A stretch of DNA of 64,000 nt from an uncultured Candidatus Saccharibacteria bacterium (GTDB taxonomy: Bacteria; Patescibacteriota; Minisyncoccia; Phycocordibacterales; JACOZG01): contig CAYUVV010000004.1 in assembly GCA_964448295.1 (NCBI GenBank), positions 945-64,944 of the forward strand. Reading direction: 5' to 3'. Under the pieces are notes generated by a model. It was not told the origin of the DNA. It searched no databases and saw only the letters and a list, made by a program, of their open reading frames with translations. Shown in pieces: positions 21,282 through 33,638 of the stretch (within the stretch, counting starts at the first letter, position 1; each line of letters starts with the position of its first letter). The translations under genes and the position numbers were made by a program.

Positions 21282-22571
21282 ATGAACGAGAAATTCAAAA
21301 CCTTTCTACGGCACGACAAAAACACCATTTTGGTAAGCGTCTGCTCGAGCGTCTTGACGGTCGTGATATTGGCCGTGATTGGCGGCGCGATTTTGGCCTC
21401 AAACGGCGGCTCTTTTTCAAACGCCATCGTCTCATTTTTGAATAAAAGCGCCGCGCCGCTCCTCCCAGGAAACGAAACGGTCAAGACGGACGTGCCGGCC
21501 GAAGAGTCGCGGATTATCGATGTGGTTGAAAAAGCCAGCCCGGCGGTTGTTTCCATCGTCATTACCAAAGACGTGCCCGTCATCGAGCAGTACTATCAGG
21601 AATTTGATCCGTTCAGCGATGATTTTTTCAATAACTTCTTCGGCCCCAACGGCTTTCGGTTCCGCGTGCCCCAACAAAAGCAGAACGGCACGGAGAAGCG
21701 TGAGGTCGGCGGCGGCTCGGGGTTCTTTATCTCATCTGACGGCTATATCGTCACCAATAAGCATGTGGTGGACGATGACAAAGCCGAGTACACGGTGCTG
21801 ACCAATGACGGTAAAAAATACGACGCCGAAATATTGGCCAAAGACTCCGCGCTTGATGTGGCGATTTTGAAGGTAAAGGGCAGCGGCTTTCCGTATCTTT
21901 CGTTCGGCAATTCCGACAAGCTAAAGCCCGGCCAGACCGTGATTGCCATTGGCAATGCTTTGGCCGAGTTTCGCAATTCGGTATCGGTCGGCGTGGTCTC
22001 CGGCCTCTCCCGTTCCATTACCGCCGGAGATATGTTTGGCAGATCGGAGCAACTGGAGGGAGTTATCCAAACGGACGCAGCCATTAACCCGGGTAACTCG
22101 GGCGGCCCTCTTTTGGACATTAAGGGCAGTGTCATTGGCGTAAATGTTGCGGTGGAGCGCGGGGCGGAAAATATCGGCTTTGCGTTAACAAGCAATACAG
22201 TGAAGAGTATCGCCGAGTCGGTCAAGCAGCATGGCGAGATCGTGCGGCCGTATCTTGGCGTTCGCTATGTGCAGATAACGGAAACCTTGAAAAAGAAAAA
22301 TAACCTATCGGTTGATTACGGAGTCCTGGTGTTGCGCGGAGAAACTGCCGAGGATTTGGCGGTTATTCCCGGCTCTCCGGCAGACAAAGCCGGTATTGTG
22401 GAAAACGACATCATTCTTGAGGTTGACGGCATAAAACTCGATGATGGAAAGTCCCTTGCCAGCATCATCCGTCAGAAGCAGGTCGGAGATGTCGTCAAAT
22501 TGAAGATTTTGCACAAAGGGAGCGAAAAAACGGTTGAAGTGAAGCTGGAAAAAGCTCCGAAGAGTTTGTAG
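21282..22571 (+). CDS. htrA: HtrA/DegP-family trypsin-like serine protease with C-terminal PDZ domain
   Basis: The catalytic blocks GSGFFISSDGYIVTNKHVV and GNSGGPLLD are present, with a PDZ-like C-terminus. Confidence 0.85.
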   Translation: MNEKFKTFLRHDKNTILVSVCSSVLTVVILAVIGGAILASNGGSFSNAIVSFLNKSAAPLLPGNETVKTDVPAEESRIIDVVEKASPAVVSIVITKDVPVIEQYYQEFDPFSDDFFNNFFGPNGFRFRVPQQKQNGTEKREVGGGSGFFISSDGYIVTNKHVVDDDKAEYTVLTNDGKKYDAEILAKDSALDVAILKVKGSGFPYLSFGNSDKLKPGQTVIAIGNALAEFRNSVSVGVVSGLSRSITAGDMFGRSEQLEGVIQTDAAINPGNSGGPLLDIKGSVIGVNVAVERGAENIGFALTSNTVKSIAESVKQHGEIVRPYLGVRYVQITETLKKKNNLSVDYGVLVLRGETAEDLAVIPGSPADKAGIVENDIILEVDGIKLDDGKSLASIIRQKQVGDVVKLKILHKGSEKTVEVKLEKAPKSL

Positions 22572-22583
22572 CTTGAGAAAAAT

Positions 22584-22620
22584 AAAAATCCCCCGTTAGG
22601 GGATAGCGAGGGATTTTTAT
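22584..22620. terminator. Bidirectional hairpin terminator between the convergent htrA and hsp20 genes
   Basis: The sequence AAAAATCCCCCGTTAGGGGATAGCGAGGGATTTTTATTTT is a stem flanked by A-runs and T-runs on both sides. Confidence 0.6.
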
Positions 22621-23042
22621 TTTTCCTTGACCTGGATTTTGACTTTGGATGAGGGTTTGGCTTCGGCCTTGGGCATCACGATCTTGAGAACGCCTTTTTC
22701 GTAAGTCGCCTCCACCGCGTCTTCTTTGACCGCGGAGGGCAGGCGTACCAACCGCTCAAACGAACCCCTGCGGATTTCGCGCCGCCAGTAATCTTTCTCT
22801 TTCTCTTCCTTCTTCTCGTCCATCGCTCCTTTTACTTTGAGCACGCCGTCCTCAACCGACACATCCACTTTTTCCGGATCAAAGCCCGGAATTTCCACTT
22901 CGGCGATCACTTCTTTGTTGGTTTCCTTCACATCCATCGCCGGCTGCTTCAGGCTCATGCGCGGAAATACCGGCATAAGCCAGTCGTCATCCTCAAAGAA
23001 TTTTTCCAAGTCAGAGAATGGTCTCCATGGAACAATTGGCAT
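22617..23042 (-). CDS. Hsp20/alpha-crystallin family small heat-shock protein
   Basis: The alpha-crystallin domain reads AMDVKETNKEVIAEVEIPGFDPEKVDVSVEDGVLKVKG...RREIRRGSFERLVRLP. Confidence 0.85.
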   Translation of the reverse strand: MPIVPWRPFSDLEKFFEDDDWLMPVFPRMSLKQPAMDVKETNKEVIAEVEIPGFDPEKVDVSVEDGVLKVKGAMDEKKEEKEKDYWRREIRRGSFERLVRLPSAVKEDAVEATYEKGVLKIVMPKAEAKPSSKVKIQVKEK

Positions 23043-23419
23043 AGTTCACCTCCTTTGCTTGTTAGTGTTTGGTTAATTATCGACCTTTTGGTTGTATTAT
23101 AAAAACTTGCAGATATTTTGACAACAGAAAATCGTAGAAAACGCGCTGTCAAATTCCGTGTAGCGCCATTTCGCCATTCGCGCAAAACTGGGCAACGCGG
23201 TGGGGATGGTGCGAAGAGATGCAAGGTGCCGACTGCCGGCACAAAGCTCCACACACGGGCAAACCCGCCGTCACACGGGGTTATGGCGGGCAGGCAAGTG
23301 GCAGAAACGGGCTAAACCATTTCGCGCTCGGCCAAAAATGTTTTCATTTGGTTTAGCGTCACGCTCGGATACTTGTATACTTTCGTGTAGTCCATTGTTC
23401 TGAAGTTTCGAAGAATAGC

Positions 23420-23473
23420 GAGCCAGTAAATTAGACTACCCCCGCCATTGTCAAGGTCTCGCCTTGCTTTTGC
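23420..23473 (+). repeat. 54-bp direct repeat, copy 2
   Basis: It matches 21028-21081 with one C/T difference. Confidence 0.8.
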
Positions 23474-23521
23474 CGAAGCGTTGTTTGGGGGTATATTAAA
23501 TGGGCTTAGGTATTCACTAAT

Positions 23522-23983
23522 ATGGAACGCTATAAACACACGCAAATTGGTTACTTGATGATAGTTATCACGCTGGTCGTGCTTGTGTTTTTTGCCTGGC
23601 TTCAAATTACGGCCAGAGCCGAGCCGCCGTCAGTTGATTCCGGCACAAATTTTGCAATAACCGCCATAATGGCATTAATTCTGTTTGTCCTTGCCTCGTT
23701 TGGAACGCTTACGGTCGCCATTGATGATCAGTTTTTGAAACTCTATTTTGGCTGGGGTATTTTCCGCAAAAAGTTTCCTCTCGCCGAGATCGTGTCCGTC
23801 AGGAAAGTAAGAAACCATTGGTATTACGGCTGGGGTATCCGATTGTGGTTCTGGCCAAAGATGTGGATTTTCAATGTCTCTGGCTTTGACGCGGTTGAAC
23901 TTACTATGAAAAGCGGAAAAATTTATCGCATCGGCACGGATGAGCCAGGCGCTCTTGAAGACGCCCTGGCCCTGAAAGGCTGA
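23522..23983 (+). CDS. Hypothetical membrane protein (two N-terminal TM helices plus a small soluble domain, possibly a bacterial PH-like fold)
   Basis: The ORF is 153 aa. The PH-like call is tentative. Confidence 0.4.
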   Translation: MERYKHTQIGYLMIVITLVVLVFFAWLQITARAEPPSVDSGTNFAITAIMALILFVLASFGTLTVAIDDQFLKLYFGWGIFRKKFPLAEIVSVRKVRNHWYYGWGIRLWFWPKMWIFNVSGFDAVELTMKSGKIYRIGTDEPGALEDALALKG

Positions 23984-24120
23984 ACAAAAAAGCTCAAGAA
24001 CACGGTAAGCACCGCGTTCTTGAGCCACGTTCACTGGCCGCAACAACAATGTGCCACGGCCGGAATCATCCAGCGTCTCATAGGCTACCCTCCTTTCTGA
24101 TTTTAATTGTAACACGCCTG

Positions 24121-25221
24121 TCAAGGGTGCGAATGGCGGGTTTTGGTTTTATGGCCCCGAAGGTAGATCACGGCAAGCAAGGTGACGATAGGAACAGTTA
24201 GAATGAGTCCAATGCTGCCGATGATCGAACGGACGATCTCGGTAGCAAAGAGTTCCGAGTTTAGCGTTGCGCCCGGGCTGGCGGATGACTGGTAAAAATA
24301 GAGAAGGATGGGCAGAGAAGCGCCGGTATAGGCGAGCACCAGCGTGTTTACCAGCGCGCCAACGTGTTCGCGTCCCACACGCAAAGCTCGCCGATAGGCT
24401 TCGCGTCGCGTCATTTCTTTATTGCTGTCGAAAAGTTCTGCCACTACGGCCGCTTGGGTTACCGCGATGTCGTCAAGGATGCCCAGCACGCCGATGATGA
24501 TCGCGCCAAGAAGAAGTCCGGTAAAATCAAGCGTGCCGCCAGTGTTCAAATTGAGGTAGACGGATTCGTCGGAAGCAAGACCAGAAAGCCGACTTCCGCG
24601 CACCGCGAGCAGAGCGAGTAATCCTGATAGTAAAACCGCGATCATTGTTCCTGTGTAGGCTACCGCCGATTCACGATTGAACCCGTGGGTGAAGAAAATG
24701 GCGGCAAACAGGATGCCCGAAGCAACCGCCAAGCTCGTCAGGAGTGGATCCCAGTCTTGGAGGAGGCCGGGGATCAAGACGTAAAAAATAACGAGAAAAC
24801 TGCCGCCGAGCGCCAAGAGCGAACGCGCTCCTTGCCATCCTCCGAAAACGATGACCGCGAGTATGAACATAACAGCGAGCCAGACTAGGGCATCGAGGCG
24901 GTCGATGTTGTTAACGGTGTAAATTTCCGAGCCGTCCATGTATACATTGAGGTTTAAATAAAAACGGTCGTTGGTTTTAAGCTCGAGATAATCGTTTTCC
25001 ATCGTAACGATCCGGCCAGCTTGGGGACCGGTGAGAATTTCCGCTCGAATTGTCTGGACAAGGTGTTCGGCGTCTGTTCCCGGTATTTCCCGATTTTCTT
25101 GGTCTAGAATTTCTACAACGCGCCCACGGTAGAGACCCTGATGTTCGTTAAAAAGCTCTTGGGCCGAAACTGTATTAGGTTCCAGGCCAAGGGCGACAAA
25201 AATGATTAACGCAACAAGCAC
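24121..25221 (-). CDS. YibE/F-family membrane protein
   Basis: The product is 366 aa. A signal/TM segment is followed by a soluble N-domain and a C-terminal multi-TM region, with YibE/F-like conserved stretches (GILDDIAVTQAAVV..., LAYTGASLP...). Confidence 0.65.
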   Translation of the reverse strand: MLVALIIFVALGLEPNTVSAQELFNEHQGLYRGRVVEILDQENREIPGTDAEHLVQTIRAEILTGPQAGRIVTMENDYLELKTNDRFYLNLNVYMDGSEIYTVNNIDRLDALVWLAVMFILAVIVFGGWQGARSLLALGGSFLVIFYVLIPGLLQDWDPLLTSLAVASGILFAAIFFTHGFNRESAVAYTGTMIAVLLSGLLALLAVRGSRLSGLASDESVYLNLNTGGTLDFTGLLLGAIIIGVLGILDDIAVTQAAVVAELFDSNKEMTRREAYRRALRVGREHVGALVNTLVLAYTGASLPILLYFYQSSASPGATLNSELFATEIVRSIIGSIGLILTVPIVTLLAVIYLRGHKTKTRHSHP

Positions 25222-25291
25222 GATTTTATTTTAGCAAAAACCCATTTTGAGCGCCCTTGAGGCGAGGGCAGATCTGTGCTAGAGTCAACAG

Positions 25292-26041
25292 GTGATTTTA
25301 TATCTCTATTCTGTTGGTAGTGTTTTGGCGGTGAGTCTGGTCTCATTTGTCGGTGCGTTTACTCTTTCGCTTAAAGCTGAGGTCTGGCGTCGTTACCTTT
25401 TTGTGTTGGTGAGCTTGGCGGTGGGGGCGTTGGTGGGTGACGCCTTTATTCACTTGATCCCCGAGGCGTTGGAAGGGTCGAGTAACCCGGCGCTGGTTTC
25501 TCTCGCGATTATCAGCGGCGTGCTCATTTTTTTTGCGCTAGAAAAGTTTTTGCATTGGCATCATCACGAGGTGGGTGGCGAGCGTTGTCCGGCGATTCAT
25601 CCCGTTGGCCGGATGGTCATTTTTTCCGACGGAGTACACAATTTTGTGGATGGTCTAATTATCGGCGCCAGTTATCTGGTAAGTTTGGAAGTCGGCTTGG
25701 CCACAACCATTGCGGTTATTCTCCATGAGATTCCCCAAGAAATAGGTGATTTTGGTGTTTTGCTCCACGCTGGCTATTCAGCTGGACGGGCGTTGTGGTT
25801 CAATTTTCTCTCTGCGTTAATGGCCCTAGTAGGGACGGCGCTGGCTCTGCTCGTTGGGCAAGTGGCCGAGTTTCTTGTTACATGGCTCATCCCGCTAGCG
25901 GCTGGCGGTTTTATTTACATCGCGATGACCGACCTGATTCCGGAAATGCATAAGACTAAATCTGGCTGGCATTCATTACTCCAATTCGTCGCGATGATTG
26001 TTGGTTTGGCTGCAATGTTCGCCCTACTTTTTTTGGAATAG
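25292..26041 (+). CDS. ZIP-family divalent metal (zinc) transporter
   Basis: ZIP signature motifs HNFVDGLIIG and HEIPQEIGDFGVL are present, and the protein is polytopic. Confidence 0.8.
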   Translation: MILYLYSVGSVLAVSLVSFVGAFTLSLKAEVWRRYLFVLVSLAVGALVGDAFIHLIPEALEGSSNPALVSLAIISGVLIFFALEKFLHWHHHEVGGERCPAIHPVGRMVIFSDGVHNFVDGLIIGASYLVSLEVGLATTIAVILHEIPQEIGDFGVLLHAGYSAGRALWFNFLSALMALVGTALALLVGQVAEFLVTWLIPLAAGGFIYIAMTDLIPEMHKTKSGWHSLLQFVAMIVGLAAMFALLFLE

Positions 26042-26067
26042 GAGGGCGGCGTTTCTTGCGTTTCCTA

Positions 26068-26271
26068 TTATGCCGTCAGTAGTTTGAAAACCAAAAAGGC
26101 GGGCCAAGCGAGAGCTTTGAGAAAAGCAATTACTCCCTGCCCAAAGGTTTCGGCTAGGCCGAGATAATAAACAGCCGCGCCAATGGCTCCAAGAAACCAA
26201 ACGAGATTCCCGCCGTCGCATTTACCGGACGATCGGCACCACCCGCTTTGGCATTTTTTCTCTGTTTCCAT
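26068..26271 (-). CDS. Small hypothetical membrane protein (67 aa, Cys-rich N-terminus plus one or two TM segments)
   Basis: An ORF only. Coding status is uncertain. Confidence 0.3.
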   Translation of the reverse strand: METEKKCQSGWCRSSGKCDGGNLVWFLGAIGAAVYYLGLAETFGQGVIAFLKALAWPAFLVFKLLTA

Positions 26272-26331
26272 ATGATGGCATTATAGCATTGTGTATAACG
26301 CAACAAGAGTCATTGTGTTATAATCGCGGTT

Positions 26332-27333
26332 ATGAAAACTTTCAAAACCTTTTTGGCGGTGACCACTCTCGGTGGCGGGATGTTAATTTTTCCCGACATG
26401 ATTAGGGCCGAAACCGTTACTTGCCAATTTACTAGAGATTTGGAGGTGGGGGCGACAGGTGAGGATGTGCTGTGCCTGCAAAAGTTTTTGAATCAGTCCG
26501 GATTTACTGTCGCACCCTATGGTCCGGGTTCACCCGGGTCGGAGACTGATCGCTTTGGCGAGATGACGAAAAGCGCTTTGGCGCGCTGGCAAGCTGCCAA
26601 GGGTGTCACGCCAGCGAGTGGTGTTTTGGGGAGTAAAACACGAGTGGCTTATAGCGCCGAGACGTCGTCATTGACTCCTGTTTCTAATGTCGCTACTGCC
26701 CCCGCTTCTTCTGCTGTGGCCCCAGTGGCCAGCTCGCCCGCTTCGCCAACGATCCAGCAAATTGTGGACAAGGTTAACGAATATATTGCGACGATTAAAC
26801 GTTTGGAAACCGAGAAAGCAGAATTGGAAAATCGTTACCGAGAAGAGGAGACTGTACGTCGACTTTTAGAAGAGGCCCGCGACCTACTCGATGATGCTGA
26901 AGACCGAATTGATGATGCCGATGATGATGGTGAAGATGTTGCTCGCGAGAAAGAAGATTGGGAAGACGGAAAAGAAGAACTAGTTGACGGACTTTACGCT
27001 TTCATCAAGCGGGATTACAGCCGCGCCCGCAATCACGCCGAGGAAGCGGTGGAGTTGGCGAAAGATATTGTAAAAGATTTGGGTGGGGATGAAGAAGAAG
27101 CTGATGAAGCGATTGATGATGCCGACGATGCAATCGGCGACGCGCGTGACAAGATCCGCGAGGCCGACCGCGACGGAGACGACGTAGATGAAGCCGAGGA
27201 TTTGCTCGATGACGCGGAAGACAAGCTTGACGACGCCGATGACGCTTACGCTGACGAAGATTACGATGAGGCCATTGAGTTGGCAAAAGAGGCACGCGAT
27301 CTCGCGCGCCAAGCTGTTCGCGCGATCAACTAA
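26332..27333 (+). CDS. Secreted protein with an N-terminal peptidoglycan-binding-like domain and a long acidic D/E-rich repetitive coiled-coil tail
   Basis: It has a signal peptide. The PG_binding_1-like stretch reads LEVGATGEDVLCLQKFLNQSGF...MTKSALARWQAAKGV. The C-terminus repeats LLDDAEDxxDDADD units. Confidence 0.6.
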   Translation: MKTFKTFLAVTTLGGGMLIFPDMIRAETVTCQFTRDLEVGATGEDVLCLQKFLNQSGFTVAPYGPGSPGSETDRFGEMTKSALARWQAAKGVTPASGVLGSKTRVAYSAETSSLTPVSNVATAPASSAVAPVASSPASPTIQQIVDKVNEYIATIKRLETEKAELENRYREEETVRRLLEEARDLLDDAEDRIDDADDDGEDVAREKEDWEDGKEELVDGLYAFIKRDYSRARNHAEEAVELAKDIVKDLGGDEEEADEAIDDADDAIGDARDKIREADRDGDDVDEAEDLLDDAEDKLDDADDAYADEDYDEAIELAKEARDLARQAVRAIN

Positions 27334-27995
27334 TTATCTCTCTGCGGCGGGCGCCAGAAGAGGCGTTCAAGGAAGCGATTACCGTGGTCAGCACTGATCC
27401 ATTCTCCGTAGCGCCGGCCACGCCGCTCACAGGCGGCTAAGATTTTTTGATTGTCCTTGGCGCGCACATCGCCGCTGTAATAAGCGCCGATGACTTGCGC
27501 GCCAAAATAGAGGAAGACGCCGCGGAGCCAGAATGGCGGGAAAGCGAAAAACAAAATTCTTTGTGCCCAGGTGGGCGTGCCACCCGAGACGAGAAAGTAG
27601 GTTTTAAGGTGCCTCAGTTGCCCGACCGGCTGGCCGAGTCGGTTGCGCGCTTTCATATCAAGCGCAATAAATCGCATTCGATCAATAAAATTTTTAAGTT
27701 GGGCTGGGACGGAAAAGTTGTAGGTCGGTGTGGCAATCACGAGGCCCGTGGCTTGGTCGCGGAGTTCGTCGGTGAGGGCGCGGAAAGAAGCCTCTTCGGG
27801 GAGCGGGCCTTGGCTGTTGGCAAAATTGTAGTGCGCCATCGGGACGTCTTCGAGATAAATTTTTTTGACTTCCAAGTTTGGCACCTGGCGCAGGCCGACA
27901 AGAAAATGATCAAGCATCGTATCGGAATTGTAGCCCCGCGAGGGCGAGCAGGAGAGGGCTATGACTAACATCACGGCCAGTATAGCACCACCCAC
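27330..27995 (-). CDS. NAD(P)H-dependent FMN reductase-like flavodoxin-fold oxidoreductase
   Basis: The motif VIATPTYNFSVPAQLKNFIDR is typical of the NADPH-dependent FMN reductase family. Confidence 0.6.
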   Translation of the reverse strand: MGGAILAVMLVIALSCSPSRGYNSDTMLDHFLVGLRQVPNLEVKKIYLEDVPMAHYNFANSQGPLPEEASFRALTDELRDQATGLVIATPTYNFSVPAQLKNFIDRMRFIALDMKARNRLGQPVGQLRHLKTYFLVSGGTPTWAQRILFFAFPPFWLRGVFLYFGAQVIGAYYSGDVRAKDNQKILAACERRGRRYGEWISADHGNRFLERLFWRPPQRDN

Positions 27996-28016
27996 CGCTT
28001 ATTAGTAGAATGATAA

Positions 28017-30480
<2,464 letters not shown>

Positions 30481-30727
30481 CTTCTGCTTACTCTAACACG
30501 GTTTAGCTTTTCAGCAGATTGGCTGGTTTATAATTTACGAACTTGCCATAATTTTTATGAAGAAGCTCTTGAAGCTCGAGAATTACCATCAATATTGATG
30601 ATGATTTACGAGCCAAGCAACCACACAAACAACCTTATGAAAACTGCACCCATTCCCGCGAACGAAAGGGATCAGCTTGGCGCCGTACTCGGGCTAAAAA
30701 TCCTCGACATCGCCGCTTTTCTCGCTC

Positions 30728-32377
30728 TTGCCGCTCGAGCCGAGGAGGAAATCAACAAACCGCGCGGTTCGATGGAAAGTTAACCAGTTCTTTACCCAAC
30801 GGTTTTTTGGTGTTAAACTCCGGTTTCAGATGATTGGAAAAATTTGGCGTTTGGCGTGGGAGCGGGGCAAGATGATCTTGATTTTAATCGTCTTGTTGGC
30901 ACTTGGTGGCTGGTGGTTGGCGAGCGGTGAGAAAGCGGTTGAGCAAGTGGTGGCCGTCCGCCGTGGCGACCTGCTACAAACCGTTTCTTTATCGGGTCGG
31001 GTAACGCCGTCGTCCGCGGTGGATTTGGCTTTTGAGACGACCGGCCGGGTAAAGCGGCTTCCGGTAGAGGTTGGTCAAACTGTCTCCGCCGACGAGGTTT
31101 TAGTGGAGTTGGAAAACAGCGATGCCGAACGGGCAGTCAAGACCGCGCGTTTAGCGCTCGCGGATGCCGAACTCGCACTCGAACGTTTGTTGAGCCCCAT
31201 TGCCCGTGGCGTGGAAGAGGAAAAACTGGCTAAAGCCTACGAAGATGGGTTGGCAGACGCCAATGAGATTTATAACGATTTGTACACCATTCTCGATGGC
31301 TTGAAAGACGTCTTGTTTGAAGATGATTTTAAGACCGGGGAGGACAACATCGAGTATTACGCCAAAGTTGTGGATATGTACAACCCCTCTCTTGCCGCCC
31401 TGCCTAAAACTCTGGCCCGTGATTATCGGGCGTTGGAGGAAAAATATCAGCCTGCCTTTGAAGCTTATCGAACGGTGGCCCGCGGCGGCGATGCCGCCGC
31501 GCAAGAGCGCGCGATTTTCGCCGCCGCCGAGTTGACGCGCAATGCTCTAAATATCATTAAATCCAGTCTGAATCTTCTGCAGTTTTTCCGTGACCGGTCT
31601 CTAGCCGATAGTTGGACTTCGACCCGAGAAGATTTGGTCTCGAGTCATTTGGTAACCCTGACTGGTTATTTCGACACAATCAACGAACATTGGCTGACTT
31701 TAACGGACTCGACCAACACTATCCGGAGCCAGCAGAGCACGGTGACGGTGGACGATCTCGATGTACGCGCGCAAAAGTTGGAGATCGCGCGGCAAGAGAC
31801 ACTGCTCGCCGAGGCGGAAAAGACGCTCGCCGACACTTATTTGCGCGCGCCGTTTGCCGGTGTGGTGACGGCTGTGGCGGTGGAAGCTGGTGAAGTGGCG
31901 GCGGCTAACTCCCCGGTGGTTTCCCTCATTTCTTCTGGCGCGTTAGAGGTGGAGTCTTTTGCGCCGGAAATCAATATCGCCGCGCTGGCCTTAGGTGATC
32001 GGGCGGAGATTACTCTCGATGCCTATGGGGAACGGGTAGTTTTTCCGGCCGCGGTATCCGCTCTTGATCCGGCCGAGACGGTGCGTGACGGTGTTTCGAC
32101 TTACAAAGTTACCCTCCGTTTTTTAGTGGCAGACGAACGCATCCGTTCCGGTATGACGGCCAATATTGTAGTAAAAACCGATGAACGCGCCGACGTGCTT
32201 TTAGTGCCTGCCGGCGCCGTTGTTTATCGCGCCGGTTACGCTTTTGTGCGGACACCAGCCGGCGCAGAGGTTGAAGAGCGGCCGATTACGATTGGCGCCG
32301 AATCGTCTTTTGGCGAAGTAGAAATTTTATCTGGCTTAGAGGCGGGCGAGTTGGTGCTCGTTCCAAATGGCACTTAA
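30728..32377 (+). CDS. HlyD/MacA-family periplasmic adaptor (membrane fusion protein); the start is probably the internal Met near 30860
   Basis: An N-terminal TM anchor (MILILIVLLALGGWWL) is followed by long coiled coils, lipoyl/beta-barrel C-terminal motifs, and a C-terminal GELVLVPN-like tail. Confidence 0.7.
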   Translation: MPLEPRRKSTNRAVRWKVNQFFTQRFFGVKLRFQMIGKIWRLAWERGKMILILIVLLALGGWWLASGEKAVEQVVAVRRGDLLQTVSLSGRVTPSSAVDLAFETTGRVKRLPVEVGQTVSADEVLVELENSDAERAVKTARLALADAELALERLLSPIARGVEEEKLAKAYEDGLADANEIYNDLYTILDGLKDVLFEDDFKTGEDNIEYYAKVVDMYNPSLAALPKTLARDYRALEEKYQPAFEAYRTVARGGDAAAQERAIFAAAELTRNALNIIKSSLNLLQFFRDRSLADSWTSTREDLVSSHLVTLTGYFDTINEHWLTLTDSTNTIRSQQSTVTVDDLDVRAQKLEIARQETLLAEAEKTLADTYLRAPFAGVVTAVAVEAGEVAAANSPVVSLISSGALEVESFAPEINIAALALGDRAEITLDAYGERVVFPAAVSALDPAETVRDGVSTYKVTLRFLVADERIRSGMTANIVVKTDERADVLLVPAGAVVYRAGYAFVRTPAGAEVEERPITIGAESSFGEVEILSGLEAGELVLVPNGT

Positions 32378-32382
32378 CTAAC

Positions 32383-33636
32383 GTGTTTCGAGGTCTTAAT
32401 TGGCAGGTGGGGGCCTTCCTCGCGTGGCGGCAGTTGAAACGGGCGAGTTGGTGGACGACAGCCCTGATCATTTTCGTTATGACCCTGACATTTTTAAATT
32501 TGGTGGTCGTGTCTGGTATTTTGGTTGGTTTAATCCAGGGGGCAGAAGAGGCGGTTCGCCGCCAATACACAAGCGATGTGATTATTTCCACTTTGGATGA
32601 TAAAAATTACATCGAGAATAGTCAAAACTTGATCACGCTGGTGCGAGATTTGCCCGGGGTGGCGAGTCTTACCGCCCGTTACCGCGAAGGAGGGACGCTG
32701 GAGGCCAATTACAAAACGCGACGAGAAAAAGATAAACCAAATATTGCCGCCGCTCAGATCATCGGCATTGATCCTGCCGCCGAACAGGCCGTAACCGGTT
32801 TGGCCGACAGTCTGGTGGAGGGCGAGTATCTAGCGCCCGGGGATTACGACAAGGTGGTCATCGGTCATTATATGCTCAAACAGTATTTGCCGATCGAAAC
32901 CCCCGGCTTAGCTACGCTTGAAGACGTTAAGTTGGGAACCAAGATTCGATTAGAAGTTGGCGGTGTGCGCCGCGAGATAGAAGTGAAGGGTATTGTTAAG
33001 ACAAAGGTGGATGAAGTTAGCCGGAGCGTTTACATGGTTGATTCCCAATTCCGCAGTTTGATCGGTCGTAATGACGGCAACGTGGACGAGGTTTCGATCA
33101 AGCTGGCGGCCGGTGCTGATCCGCTTGCCGTAAAAGCGGCGTTAGTGGCCCGCGGTGTGGATCGCTATGCCAAGGTGCAGACTTTCGTTGACGCACAACC
33201 AAAATTTATTCAAGATATCAAAAAGACTTTCGCTATTTTAGGCAACGTTATCAGCTCCATCGGGTTAGTGGTGGCTTCGATTACGATTTTTATCGTCATT
33301 TTTATAAACGCGATTACGCGGCGCAAATTTATCGGCATTCTGAAGGGAATCGGAATCACGGCCGAGGCGATTGAGTTGTCTTACATTTTTCAATCGTTTT
33401 TTTACGCTCTGTTTGGTTCTTTCGTCGGTCTCGCATTACTCTACATGGCGCTTGTGCCGACGATTGACCGTCATCCGATCGACTTTCCGTTCAGCGATGG
33501 TATCTTGGTGGCGCCGCTCTCGGGCACGTTATGGCGCGCGGGCCTTCTTGTGCTGGCCACAATTATTGCCGGTTATGTGCCGGCGCGGATGATCGTCCGC
33601 AAAAACACCCTCGATTCGATTTTGGGACGTAAGTAA
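32383..33636 (+). CDS. ABC transporter permease, FtsX/MacB-like (4 TM helices with a large extracytoplasmic loop)
   Basis: It has the MacB_PCD-like topology and a C-terminal FtsX-type TM bundle. It is adjacent to the adaptor and ATPase genes. Confidence 0.7.
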   Translation: MFRGLNWQVGAFLAWRQLKRASWWTTALIIFVMTLTFLNLVVVSGILVGLIQGAEEAVRRQYTSDVIISTLDDKNYIENSQNLITLVRDLPGVASLTARYREGGTLEANYKTRREKDKPNIAAAQIIGIDPAAEQAVTGLADSLVEGEYLAPGDYDKVVIGHYMLKQYLPIETPGLATLEDVKLGTKIRLEVGGVRREIEVKGIVKTKVDEVSRSVYMVDSQFRSLIGRNDGNVDEVSIKLAAGADPLAVKAALVARGVDRYAKVQTFVDAQPKFIQDIKKTFAILGNVISSIGLVVASITIFIVIFINAITRRKFIGILKGIGITAEAIELSYIFQSFFYALFGSFVGLALLYMALVPTIDRHPIDFPFSDGILVAPLSGTLWRAGLLVLATIIAGYVPARMIVRKNTLDSILGRK

Positions 33637-33638
33637 TT

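Noticed and set aside
26880-27300. Possible CRISPR-like or tandem DNA repeat array
   Set aside because: The repeats are imperfect, in-frame and encode an acidic low-complexity protein tail within a clear ORF. There are no spacer-like unique units and no cas genes.
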